In this document: piece by piece, positions 20,651-30,059 of the stretch
Layout: each line of letters begins with the position of its first letter
Position numbering within the stretch: position 1 is the first letter of the stretch
Source of the DNA: Bdellovibrionales bacterium
GTDB lineage: Bacteria; Bdellovibrionota; Bdellovibrionia; Bdellovibrionales; UBA1609
Length of the DNA stretch: 64,000 bases
NCBI GenBank assembly: GCA_965199825.1
Contig: OZ241329.1
Location: forward strand, 2,112,001 to 2,176,000
Reading direction: 5' to 3'
The notes under the pieces: generated by a model
Told to the model about the DNA's origin: nothing
Database searches by the model: none
What the model saw: only the letters and a program-made list of their open reading frames with translations
Position numbers and translations under genes: made by a program

Positions 20651-22510
20651 TTATTCCTTCATCCCGCCATTTTTAAAAAGTTCACTGGCATGCTGATAGG
20701 CCGAGACCGCCTCGTGATAAAGAGGTTTGGATAAGAGTTCCATGGACCAGGGTATTTTTTGAGCCTGTATGGGGCGAAACTTATCATCAAGGGTCAAAGT
20801 CTGAATGATTTTTCGAGGCAGGAGGACGGCCATCTCGTGCCCCTTGAGATAGCCTGCGTCTTGGTATGTGGCAAGGTAGGCGCGCTCCAAAGAGGTTGAT
20901 AAAAGATCGTGGCCAAAAAATCGATCATCGGGATAATTCATTTTGAGTAAGCTTAACAGTGTGGGTGCAAAATCAATTTGTGATCCCAACAGATCGACCT
21001 TTTGGGGCGTAATATTTTTGGGACTATAAAAGATCATCGGGATCAAATAATCTTCGAGCGGGATCTCGGTGCGGCCCGCCACCGAGGCGTTATGGTCAGC
21101 GATAAAAATAAAAACAGTTTGATCAAACCAAGGCTCAGCTTTGGCATTTTTTAAGAATTCGGCAATCGAAAAATCAGAATATTTTATTGCACCATCGCGA
21201 CCAGAGCCTGAAGGGATATCGATTTTATTTGCGGGGTAAGTATAAGGGCGATGATTCGATGTTGTCATAATCATCTGAAAAAATGATTTATGTTCTTTAA
21301 ACGAGGTGTTGGCTTCGCGAACACTAAACCGAAATAAGTCCTCGTCACAAACGCCCCATGCATTTGAAAAGGTCACTTCCTCTTTTGGAAACCGCGATTG
21401 ATCAACCACCTCAAAGCCATTGCCCTCATAAAACTCTTTCATGTTATCAAACCAAGCGTAGCCACCATAAAGAAATTGGGTCTGATAGCCCTCTTTTCGA
21501 AACACGGTTCCGATATTAAACAAATGATCATTATTGGGTCGGCGCAAAATGCTCTGCCCAGGCGTTGGGGGAACCGAAAGTGTGATCGCCTCTAATCCCC
21601 TGACCGTGCGTGTGCCTGTGGCGTAGATCTTATCAAAAAATAATCCATCTTTTGTGAGCTGATCCAGAGTGGGGGTAACATGCCCAGGATGACCGTAAGC
21701 TCTTAAGTAGCGCGCACTCAAGCTTTCCATTACGACCACGATCACATTCAATTTTTTTTGTTCGGTAAAAACCGGATGGGAATTTTTATTCAACAAAAGG
21801 AGTTTATCTTGGGGCAATGTCGGATAAAACCGACTAAATTCAATTTCGTTATTAAAATAGGCCGCAAACAAAGTATGAAATCCATTTTTTTCGACTTCGT
21901 TTTGGAGCAAACTTTTATCTGAAAGCAACTGGCTCTCATTGATTCCGAAATAAGCAACCCCAAATAAAACCGCCCAAATGCCAAAGACCTTGGCCTTTTC
22001 ACGGTAAATCGAACCAGTAAATGGTTTTAATTTTAAATATCGATTTAAGAACAATGTGGTGATGATACTTAAAGCCAAGATTCCAAGTAAAATCGGAACA
22101 ACCGGATAAGACTCCCAAATATTTTCTAAAACGGTATTGGTATAAACCAAATAATCTACCGCAATAAAATTAAAGCGCGATTGAAACTCATCAAAAAAAG
22201 TGATCTCGGCCCCGGTTACAAGAAGTGCAAAAAACATCTGCAAGCAAAACAGTGGCAAAAACCAGTAACGAAATATCATACGGGTTTTGGGCAATAAAAG
22301 ATAAAACACTATAAAGGGAGTTAAAAAATAGGTGAGCCAGGCGGCATCGAAAACCAGGCCAAATAAAATGGATTTAATAATTGCGACCGCATCAAAGCTG
22401 TCGCCAATTCGCAAGCGTTCAACCAAAACAAATAAGCGAATGCCTTGGCTCAAAAATAAAAAAGGGAAACAAACAAGTTTTAAAGAATTAAAAAAATCCT
22501 TTGCACTCAT
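20651..22510 (-). CDS. LTA synthase family / alkaline-phosphatase-superfamily membrane sulfatase
   Basis: Multi-TM N-terminus; MESL, GTRTVRG (Thr nucleophile), SNHRPY, ADH, SQIDFAPT. Confidence 0.85.
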   Translation of the reverse strand: MSAKDFFNSLKLVCFPFLFLSQGIRLFVLVERLRIGDSFDAVAIIKSILFGLVFDAAWLTYFLTPFIVFYLLLPKTRMIFRYWFLPLFCLQMFFALLVTGAEITFFDEFQSRFNFIAVDYLVYTNTVLENIWESYPVVPILLGILALSIITTLFLNRYLKLKPFTGSIYREKAKVFGIWAVLFGVAYFGINESQLLSDKSLLQNEVEKNGFHTLFAAYFNNEIEFSRFYPTLPQDKLLLLNKNSHPVFTEQKKLNVIVVVMESLSARYLRAYGHPGHVTPTLDQLTKDGLFFDKIYATGTRTVRGLEAITLSVPPTPGQSILRRPNNDHLFNIGTVFRKEGYQTQFLYGGYAWFDNMKEFYEGNGFEVVDQSRFPKEEVTFSNAWGVCDEDLFRFSVREANTSFKEHKSFFQMIMTTSNHRPYTYPANKIDIPSGSGRDGAIKYSDFSIAEFLKNAKAEPWFDQTVFIFIADHNASVAGRTEIPLEDYLIPMIFYSPKNITPQKVDLLGSQIDFAPTLLSLLKMNYPDDRFFGHDLLSTSLERAYLATYQDAGYLKGHEMAVLLPRKIIQTLTLDDKFRPIQAQKIPWSMELLSKPLYHEAVSAYQHASELFKNGGMKE

Positions 22511-23652
22511 GCCAATTCTTTTTTGGCGATGGTTTGAAGCTGCATATTTGAGGTGCCCTCGTAAATTTGGCCGATCTTGACATCACGAAAATACTTTTCA
22601 ACCGGATATTCTTTTGTAAATCCATTGCCACCAAAAAGATCAACCGCCATCGAGCAAATTTTTTCGGCCGAGCGGGAAGAATAAAGCTTTGCCATTGCGG
22701 CTTGGTGAACAAATTCTTGTCCTGAATCTTTTAATCGAGCCGCATTGTAAACCAAAAGACGCGAAGCTTCGAGCTGGGTGCGCATTTCGGCAAGTTGAAA
22801 TTGCACGCCTTGAAACTCAGCAATGGCCTTGCCGAACTGCTCACGAGATTTGATATAATTTAAAGCTGCGGTGTAGGCCCCTTGCGCGATTCCCAACATT
22901 TGAGCCCCGATCCCAATGCGTCCTTCGTTGAGAGTTTCGATAGCAATCTTATAGCCCTTGCCAATTTCACCGAGCACATTGGATTTATCCACTTCACAAT
23001 TTTCAAAAATCAATTCGCAAGTGGAGCTGGCACGAATTCCTAATTTATCTTCTTTTTTGCCCACCCGAAATCCTGGAGATGTTTTCTCAACAATAAAGGC
23101 GGTGATTCCTTTGTAGCCTTTGGTTTGATCGGTGGTTGCAAAAACCAAAAAGACTTCGGCTTCGTTTCCATTAGTGATCCAAAGTTTGTGGCCATTGAGT
23201 ACAAATTTATCTCCCTTATCTTCGGCCTTGAGTCGGAGAGCAAAGGCGTCTGATCCCGAGCCTGATTCCGAAAGAGCATAAGCTCCCACCCACTGTTGAC
23301 TCATCAAAGATAAATATTTTTGCTTTTGTGCCTCTGACCCCCAACGCAAAAAGGCATTGGTCACCAAAGTGTTTTGGACATCAACCAAAACCGAAACCGA
23401 TCCATCCACTTTGGCTAATTCTTCCACCGCAAGACAGGCGTTAAAAAAAGATGAGCCTGCTCCACCATATTTTTCGGGAGATTCTATTCCCATCAGTCCC
23501 ATTTCAAATAATTTTTTAATTAAGGCAGGATCCATTTTTGCGTGCTCATCCATCTGAGTGACGAGCGGCTTGATTTCGGCTTGGGCGAATTCGCCAATGG
23601 CTTGTTGAAATGCTAATTCATCTTCCGAGAGTGAAGTGAGGGCCGCATTCAT
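22507..23652 (-). CDS. short/branched-chain acyl-CoA dehydrogenase
   Basis: ALSESGSGSD, KLWITNG, KLGIRASST, GRIGIGAQ, QIYEGTSN. Confidence 0.9.
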   Translation of the reverse strand: MNAALTSLSEDELAFQQAIGEFAQAEIKPLVTQMDEHAKMDPALIKKLFEMGLMGIESPEKYGGAGSSFFNACLAVEELAKVDGSVSVLVDVQNTLVTNAFLRWGSEAQKQKYLSLMSQQWVGAYALSESGSGSDAFALRLKAEDKGDKFVLNGHKLWITNGNEAEVFLVFATTDQTKGYKGITAFIVEKTSPGFRVGKKEDKLGIRASSTCELIFENCEVDKSNVLGEIGKGYKIAIETLNEGRIGIGAQMLGIAQGAYTAALNYIKSREQFGKAIAEFQGVQFQLAEMRTQLEASRLLVYNAARLKDSGQEFVHQAAMAKLYSSRSAEKICSMAVDLFGGNGFTKEYPVEKYFRDVKIGQIYEGTSNMQLQTIAKKELA

Positions 23653-23666
23653 TATGAATTCTCCTT

Positions 23667-23695
23667 TTGCAGTTTACATCAATGGGCGATAGTTT
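23667..23695 (+). promoter_or_regulatory. sigma70-type promoter, predicted leaderless
   Basis: TTGCAG(23667)-N17-TAGTTT(23690)-N6-ATG(23702); no SD. Confidence 0.55.
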
Positions 23696-23701
23696 TGGAT
23701 T

Positions 23702-24091
23702 ATGCCAAAGATTATCCGAGTTCTTATTGCAAAGCCAGGGTTAGATGGTCATGATCGCGGCGCAAAAGTTGTGGCGCGCGGACTTAGAGATGCAGGCTTC
23801 GAAGTGATATATACTGGACTCCATCAAACTCCAGAGATGGTGGTCGCAGCCGCAATGCAAGAAGATGTGGATATAATTGGTTTATCTATTTTGTCTGGCG
23901 CACACACGCCGATTGTCACAGCAATCTTAGAACTGCTTCATAGGGAAGATTTAAAAAAACCAATATTTGTTGGTGGGATTATTCCAAAGGCCGACGCGGA
24001 CCTGCTTTTAAAGCAAGGTGTGGCCCGCGTGTTTGGTCCAGGTACTGCGATTTCGGAGATCGTAAATCAAATTCGCACTTTAACGAATTAG
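23702..24091 (+). CDS. cobalamin-binding small subunit of an acyl-CoA mutase
   Basis: [31 protein letters not shown]. Confidence 0.9.
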   Translation: MPKIIRVLIAKPGLDGHDRGAKVVARGLRDAGFEVIYTGLHQTPEMVVAAAMQEDVDIIGLSILSGAHTPIVTAILELLHREDLKKPIFVGGIIPKADADLLLKQGVARVFGPGTAISEIVNQIRTLTN

Positions 24092-24534
24092 AGTTCTTTG
24101 TTGAGTTGATCCACAAAGTTTTTGATTTCATCATCACTTAGGATCACAACACTTGGATTTGTGCCGCACGAGTCTCGCTCTTCAGCAGAGACCACATTAA
24201 ATTTGGTGCTCACCAAATCTAAACAGGCATGCTTCGACATACAAACCGCATCGGGTAGACTTTGCGAATCGGTGGCTTCAAGATTTGCGCGTGACAAACC
24301 AATCTGCTGATTTTGCAAATGTCCCTGAACGATACACTCGTAGAGTCCGCTGGGTTGTTGGGGAGTCACTACTCCGCCACTATCGTTAGATCCTAAATTT
24401 ACACTTGTCTGATCGGTCGCGACAAGTGAGCCATTACCAAGACTTGCCGCATATTGAGCTTTGCTGCAGTTTTGAAAAGCAAAAAGCACCATAGCGGTTG
24501 CGACAACATACATTCCAGAATTGAGACGTTTCAT
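24088..24534 (-). CDS. Bdellovibrio-type 'FQNCS' lipoprotein, unknown function
   Basis: Hydrophobic segment then AFQNCS; start ATG 24534 after SD GGGGG; Cys-containing C-terminal domain. Confidence 0.7.
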   Translation of the reverse strand: MKRLNSGMYVVATAMVLFAFQNCSKAQYAASLGNGSLVATDQTSVNLGSNDSGGVVTPQQPSGLYECIVQGHLQNQQIGLSRANLEATDSQSLPDAVCMSKHACLDLVSTKFNVVSAEERDSCGTNPSVVILSDDEIKNFVDQLNKEL

Positions 24535-24633
24535 AATTTTCCCCCACACCATGGATGTTGCAAACTTTAGGCGAGTGCTCCTCTATTCCATACGGTTTAA
24601 ACCGTTATATTCTTAAATCTGTGAAAGAGTTGA

Positions 24634-26070
24634 TCACTGATTTGAGACGAGGCTACGCATTTTATCCAAAACTTTTTTTTCATTGAGCAGTTTAAGGGTC
24701 TTCGGGCTGACATAAATTCGGGGAATAAAATTGCGGTATTGGCTAAGGATGCTGACGAGCGAATTTGAGACATCCACCAAAAGTTTTGTTTCGCCGTTGC
24801 GGGTTTTGATCTTGACCGAATCCCGATTGAGGAGAGGTTTAAGCCCTTTGTGGTCGCGCTTAATATGATCGATATGTTTGGTGAACATCACATCTTTCTG
24901 GGGAATATCATAGATCATCCAGGCATTGGGATCGAGAGTTTTGAGCTCGGCTTGAAGCCAATCTACGGTGTGTAACACCTGAGCGACTACTTGTTTGCGA
25001 TGCTCATCACTTTGAATCAGTGTCGGCACAACCGGTGCAATTTTAATTTGTGCCGGTGGGATGCGCCGAACAAGAAGTTCTGAGAGTTCGCGAATCATCG
25101 GATGGCTTTTTTTACCGTTAAGATATTCATCCAGCTTCGCCATAAAATAAGAATCGTTAAAACTAAAAAACTCATTCGGATTTTGTGAAACCTGATCCAT
25201 CAATTGTTCAAAGGAATAAGAAATTCCATTTTCCAAAAAGTACTCTTGGATTTTTGCCGCGATCAAATCGAATTTGTATCCGGTGCCATCGTTAATGATT
25301 TGCGAATACCAAAAATAACGACTCATCAAAAAACTATCCACCATAGTCAGAGCTTCTTCATCGATACAGAGCATTTCCTGATCGGCAACCGTACTCGTGG
25401 TAAAATTGCGAATCAGATAATCCATATCGTAAACACCAAGCTTGATTCCGGTGTGTTGGGCATCGCGAATCAAATAATCCATACGATCGGCATCAATATC
25501 TGAATGCATCAATTGATTTGCCAAAAGATTCGAGGATTTGCCCGCGATAATTCGAGACAGTTCGAGGGGATCAATCCCTTCTTCTTTTAAAATTTTTGTG
25601 ATGCCCCCTTCAAAATCGGTATTCAAAATCAGATGAGATCCTAAGACCTCATGGTTTGAAACATACTTGGTTTTTCCGGCGGTCTGTTGGTGACGCCAAT
25701 GATTGATATAACCAAGCTCAATTGAGTGCGAAAACGGAAAGGTGCCGATGTCATGAAGCATAGCCGCAAGACGCATCATGCGATGAAAAGTTGTTTTTTC
25801 GTCGCGAGCGAGAGGATTAAATAATTTTTCGCCGCTCACCGCATGCCCAATGGAATGCAGAATTTTGTCCATCACAAATAATACACCAAGGGCGTGAGCA
25901 TGGCGGGTGTGAGTCGCACCTGGAAAAATATAAAAGCTAAACCCAAGCTGGCGAATCCACCTTAAGCGCTGATAATAAGTGGTTTCAAGTATTCGCGCCT
26001 CGACCCGGTTGAGATGGATGTGGCCATGAATATTGTCAAAGATCACTTTCTTATCGAGTTCTTTCGCCAT
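24634..26070 (-). CDS. HD-domain phosphohydrolase, SAMHD1/dNTP triphosphohydrolase-like
   Basis: DNIHG, QRLRWIRQLG, ATHTRHAHALG, LHDIG, PFSH, DADRMDY; SD GGAGG. Confidence 0.82.
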   Translation of the reverse strand: MAKELDKKVIFDNIHGHIHLNRVEARILETTYYQRLRWIRQLGFSFYIFPGATHTRHAHALGVLFVMDKILHSIGHAVSGEKLFNPLARDEKTTFHRMMRLAAMLHDIGTFPFSHSIELGYINHWRHQQTAGKTKYVSNHEVLGSHLILNTDFEGGITKILKEEGIDPLELSRIIAGKSSNLLANQLMHSDIDADRMDYLIRDAQHTGIKLGVYDMDYLIRNFTTSTVADQEMLCIDEEALTMVDSFLMSRYFWYSQIINDGTGYKFDLIAAKIQEYFLENGISYSFEQLMDQVSQNPNEFFSFNDSYFMAKLDEYLNGKKSHPMIRELSELLVRRIPPAQIKIAPVVPTLIQSDEHRKQVVAQVLHTVDWLQAELKTLDPNAWMIYDIPQKDVMFTKHIDHIKRDHKGLKPLLNRDSVKIKTRNGETKLLVDVSNSLVSILSQYRNFIPRIYVSPKTLKLLNEKKVLDKMRSLVSNQ

Positions 26071-26117
26071 ATAACTGAATTCCTCCGTTTTGAATCGTAT
26101 AACAATAAGGTCTCAAT

Positions 26118-26789
26118 ATGCCATTCAGTCTTGTGGAATTTGGCGCAAAAGTTGGATTGTTTTTTGTTCCTTTTCTTTTTGCACTTTGTTTTCATGAATT
26201 TGCGCACGCCTACGTTGCAAAATTAAAAGGCGATCGCACCGCCGAAATTATGGGGCGCCTGACCTTAAATCCTTTGGCTCATATTGATTGGGTAGGCACA
26301 GTGATGCTCCCATTGCTGGCCCTTCAAACTTCATTTCCATTTTTTGGTTGGGCCAAGCCCGTTCCCATCAATGAAAAAAATTTTCGTAATCCCAAGAACG
26401 ATTGTTTTTGGGTGGCCATCGCTGGACCTCTCAGCAACATCTTGTTGGCCTTTGTGGGCTGGTTTTTAATCGTGCTGGTTCTGACCATTTTTAGAAATTT
26501 TCAATCTGCCTTGGCCCTTTTTGAAATGCTCAAAGTTTTTATTCAGATTAATTTATTTTTGGCGTTTTTTAATATGCTTCCACTTCATCCCCTTGATGGC
26601 GGAAAAGTGGCCGCCCGATTTTTATCTGCTGGTGCAAACCGTTGGCTCGAAGAAAATCAATTTGCTCTCCAAATGGGATTGATTGTTTTGTTTATCACCG
26701 GTGGATTTTGGTTTTTGGCTCAACCGGTTTATTTTGTGTGGGAACGATTTATTGGCACCGCAGTGATGATGGCCCAAGCCATTGGTTAG
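26118..26789 (+). CDS. site-2 protease family (M50) membrane metalloprotease
   Basis: HEFAH, AGPLSN, NMLPLHPLDG. Confidence 0.9.
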   Translation: MPFSLVEFGAKVGLFFVPFLFALCFHEFAHAYVAKLKGDRTAEIMGRLTLNPLAHIDWVGTVMLPLLALQTSFPFFGWAKPVPINEKNFRNPKNDCFWVAIAGPLSNILLAFVGWFLIVLVLTIFRNFQSALALFEMLKVFIQINLFLAFFNMLPLHPLDGGKVAARFLSAGANRWLEENQFALQMGLIVLFITGGFWFLAQPVYFVWERFIGTAVMMAQAIG

Positions 26790-26847
26790 TGCGTCATTGA
26801 TCCCAGCATTTTGACAATCATTTTGTGACTGGACAATTATTAGGGCA

Positions 26848-27735
26848 GTGAGTTTAAACATCCATCTTGAACGATTCGAAGGCCCCCTTGCGCTGTTGCT
26901 GCATCTGATCCGCAAGGAAGAGATGGACATCTTTGATATCAATATCTATCAGATCACCAGCCAGTATCTTGATTTTATCAAAGCAATGAAGCAGCTCGAT
27001 CTTGAAAATGCGGGCGAGTTTGTGGCTCTTGCCGCAACCTTGATCCAGATCAAATCGCGAATGCTTTTGCCTCAATATAATGATCAAGGCGAAGTGATCG
27101 AATCCGAAGATCCTCGAAAAGAATTGATTCAGCGCCTTGTGGAATATCAAAAATTTCAAGATGCGGGCAAAAGACTTTATGAAAGACCTTTGCTTGGTCG
27201 CGACTTTTGGTTGCGCGGCGAAAAACTCGAATTGACCAGCGATGAGGAACAACAGGTTCATGTGGGAGACAATGCTCTTTTCGCATTGATCTCGGCCTAC
27301 AGGTCCACACTCAGAAATATTAAAAAGACGGTGCACAATGTGGCGATGTCGCTTCAAAGTGTTTCTGCACGGATTTTAGAATTGCGCGATCGTTTGGTCC
27401 TCGGCACTAAAGTGGGATTTTCTGAATTGATCACGGTCCCGGCTGAGGGCGGAAAACTCGAAGCCCGGTCGAATCAGGTGCTTGTCACATTCTTATCACT
27501 TCTTGAATTGGCAAAAATTGGTTTTGTTTCGCTCTTTCAAAGTGAAAATTTAAGTGAGATTCATATTGAATCCAAACAGCAGATTAATCACGATGTGGTC
27601 GTGCGAGTCGAAAGCTACGATGGGGCAAATCCGATTCCGGTGGTGATGCCGCAAGAATTTATTGAAGCACCTGAAGAGGTTGCGACCGATGAAGATATAT
27701 TGGCCGAAGAGCAGCGCATTCAGGGAGAAGCATGA
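26848..27735 (+). CDS. scpA: segregation/condensation protein A (kleisin)
   Basis: FEGPL.LLL.LI, IKSRMLLP, FLSLLEL. Confidence 0.92.
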   Translation: MSLNIHLERFEGPLALLLHLIRKEEMDIFDINIYQITSQYLDFIKAMKQLDLENAGEFVALAATLIQIKSRMLLPQYNDQGEVIESEDPRKELIQRLVEYQKFQDAGKRLYERPLLGRDFWLRGEKLELTSDEEQQVHVGDNALFALISAYRSTLRNIKKTVHNVAMSLQSVSARILELRDRLVLGTKVGFSELITVPAEGGKLEARSNQVLVTFLSLLELAKIGFVSLFQSENLSEIHIESKQQINHDVVVRVESYDGANPIPVVMPQEFIEAPEEVATDEDILAEEQRIQGEA

Positions 27736-28643
27736 ACGAAGTTTTAGAACAAGACCTATCACCTGAAGAGTCCACCGAACTTGATGAATTCGAGAGTGCC
27801 GAAATCGAAGACCTCGAAGCGGTTGAAGAAGAAAAAGCAATTTCGATTATCGAAAGTCTCTTATTTTCGACCGATCGCCCTTTAACTCTTTCGAGTTTTC
27901 GAAATGTGTTTAAGGGAACCACTGTGAAGTCGACACAAATTCGGCAGCATCTTCAAACCTTGCAGATTGAATATGCCGGAGGACGGCGCGGAATTTCGCT
28001 CGAAGAGATCAATGGGGGATATCAACTTAGAACCAAAGTCGAAAACATCGAGTATCTCAAGCGACAAATCAAAGTAAAACCGTTTAAGCTTTCGGGGCCA
28101 GCCCTCGAGGTTTTGTCGGTGATTGCTTATCAGCAGCCTTGCCCAAAATCAGGCGTTGATGAAGTCCGTGGTGTGGAGTCGGGACATTTGTTGAGAGCTC
28201 TGATGGAAAAAGGCTTGGTTCATTTTGAAGGACGATCTGAGCTCCCTGGAAAGCCCATGCTCTACTCAACCACAAAGAAATTTTTAGAAATCTTTGGGCT
28301 GCGCAATCTTCATGAGCTCCCATCCTTGTCTGAAATCGATGAGCTGATTCCTGAAGGCATTGATGCAGAAGAAGCCAAACCAAAATTAAGCGACATGACC
28401 GATATTTTATCTCAACAAGCCGACTCGAGTTACTCTCAAGGTGAGGACGAGTTGCTCAAGATCTCGAGTGATCTTGAAAGCATCACGACGAGCTCGGTAT
28501 TTTTTGAACAAGAAAAAGAGCGTGAGCGCAAAGCCCGTGATCAAGCCCGAGCCCAAGATATTCATGAACGACAGGTGATGGGCGAGACCATCGAGAATAA
28601 AGATCTCAAGTGGCTTGAAAAATATGAAGCCTCTTCTTTATAG
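27732..28643 (+). CDS. scpB: segregation/condensation protein B
   Basis: IESLLF, GGYQLRT, LEVLSVIAYQQP, VRGV, YSTTKKFLEIFGL..L.ELP. Confidence 0.92.
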   Translation: MNEVLEQDLSPEESTELDEFESAEIEDLEAVEEEKAISIIESLLFSTDRPLTLSSFRNVFKGTTVKSTQIRQHLQTLQIEYAGGRRGISLEEINGGYQLRTKVENIEYLKRQIKVKPFKLSGPALEVLSVIAYQQPCPKSGVDEVRGVESGHLLRALMEKGLVHFEGRSELPGKPMLYSTTKKFLEIFGLRNLHELPSLSEIDELIPEGIDAEEAKPKLSDMTDILSQQADSSYSQGEDELLKISSDLESITTSSVFFEQEKERERKARDQARAQDIHERQVMGETIENKDLKWLEKYEASSL

Positions 28644-29157
28644 ATGTTTGCTTTCTGGATTTATTGTTTTTCATTTGATTACGATTTTGATTTTGCCCAA
28701 CAGCGACTCGATATTGTCCCGCCAAATTTCGCCGTGGTTAGCCCCTTATGCCAACACCTTTGGGCTCAACACCTCCTGGAGATTTTTTTCGCCTGAGCCC
28801 TCACCCGCGGTTTATTTTATTTACGATGCGATTGATGAGCAAAAAATAAAAAATTTTTGGCATGAACGCGAATTTGTTACGGGCAGTTGGCCACCACTTA
28901 CGCCTAAAGGCATGTGGACCGAAAATATAAAACGGCTTGTTTATCACTCGCGCTTCACGACCTCATCACAAGAGCGCACCGAGGTTTTTTTTGGTAGCCT
29001 TCTGTGCCGATTTTATCCCGAGGCTGGCACAATATCGGTTCGAACAATCATCAAAGAGATTCCAAGTTTAGAAAAAGCCAAGTTCGAAAATCTAACTGCC
29101 AAAGAATCGGTAAAAGATCAAACCATCAATCAAACCGAGTTTACGTGCGCAAAATAA
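28624..29157 (+). CDS. membrane-anchored protein, SdpA/DUF5819-like
   Basis: N-terminal TM with H, WRFFSPEP motif, directly upstream of an HTTM gene. Confidence 0.5.
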   Translation: MKPLLYRCLLSGFIVFHLITILILPNSDSILSRQISPWLAPYANTFGLNTSWRFFSPEPSPAVYFIYDAIDEQKIKNFWHEREFVTGSWPPLTPKGMWTENIKRLVYHSRFTTSSQERTEVFFGSLLCRFYPEAGTISVRTIIKEIPSLEKAKFENLTAKESVKDQTINQTEFTCAK

Positions 29158-30059
29158 TTTTGAGGTGGAATCAGTTTTGGTTTGAAAATGTGGACCTTCA
29201 ACCTGTTTGCTTATTTCGTTGTCTTTTAAGCTGCACACTTTTTGTGATGTATCTGATTCGTTTTCAAGACCGCGACATTCTTCATTATGAAAATGGTCTT
29301 TTAACCAGCGCTCTGGCAAAAGAATTTTTGCCCGATTTTTACCGTGCCCCATTTTCGATTTTGCCGACCTCAGACAATATGGTTTTGTTATTTAGTCTGG
29401 GGCTCTTGGCAGGCCTCTTGTTGTTGAGTTTTGGACTGATCAACCGATTTGCCACATGGATTGTTTTATTTCTTCATTTGAGTTTGATTGAACGCAATTA
29501 CACCGTGATTTACGGGGCGGATCTGATTGCAAGCGTGTGGCTGTTTTATTTAGGATTTATCAATCACACCCAGGCTTACTCCTTAAGAAAGACACAAAAC
29601 AAAAAAGATTTATTAAGTTCGATGGGCTTGCGGCTGCTACAAATTCAGTTGTGTGTGATCTATGGCTATTCGGGTCTAGAAAAACTTAAAGGCACCGCTT
29701 GGTGGGACGGCAGTGCGGTGTGGAAGGTTTTAACCAACGAACAACTCGCCCCCATCGACTTTCATTTTTTAAGTCATGCGCCGTCGTTTTTGGCCCTCAC
29801 CACCATGTTGACCGTGATCTTTGAGGTTTATTTTCCGGTGATCGTTTGGATTCCGATATTAAGGAGGGTTTGGCTCCTCGTGGGATTGTCATTTCATATC
29901 GCAGCAGCCCTATTTATGGGGCTGCCGTTTTTTTCGATTGTGATGGGGCTGAGCTATTTGGTTTTTTTGACGAATAACGAAATGAGCAATCTAAATTCTG
30001 TTTATTTTAAGCCAATGGCCGCAACCATCTTTTTAGCAATCAAACCGAGCAAAAATTGA
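29145..30059 (+). CDS. HTTM-domain membrane protein (SdpB / vitamin-K-carboxylase-like)
   Basis: RN..VIYGAD, QIQLCVIY..SGLEKL.G..W.DG.A, FE..F, FH......MGL; likely GTG start at 29145. Confidence 0.78.
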   Translation: MRKIILRWNQFWFENVDLQPVCLFRCLLSCTLFVMYLIRFQDRDILHYENGLLTSALAKEFLPDFYRAPFSILPTSDNMVLLFSLGLLAGLLLLSFGLINRFATWIVLFLHLSLIERNYTVIYGADLIASVWLFYLGFINHTQAYSLRKTQNKKDLLSSMGLRLLQIQLCVIYGYSGLEKLKGTAWWDGSAVWKVLTNEQLAPIDFHFLSHAPSFLALTTMLTVIFEVYFPVIVWIPILRRVWLLVGLSFHIAAALFMGLPFFSIVMGLSYLVFLTNNEMSNLNSVYFKPMAATIFLAIKPSKN

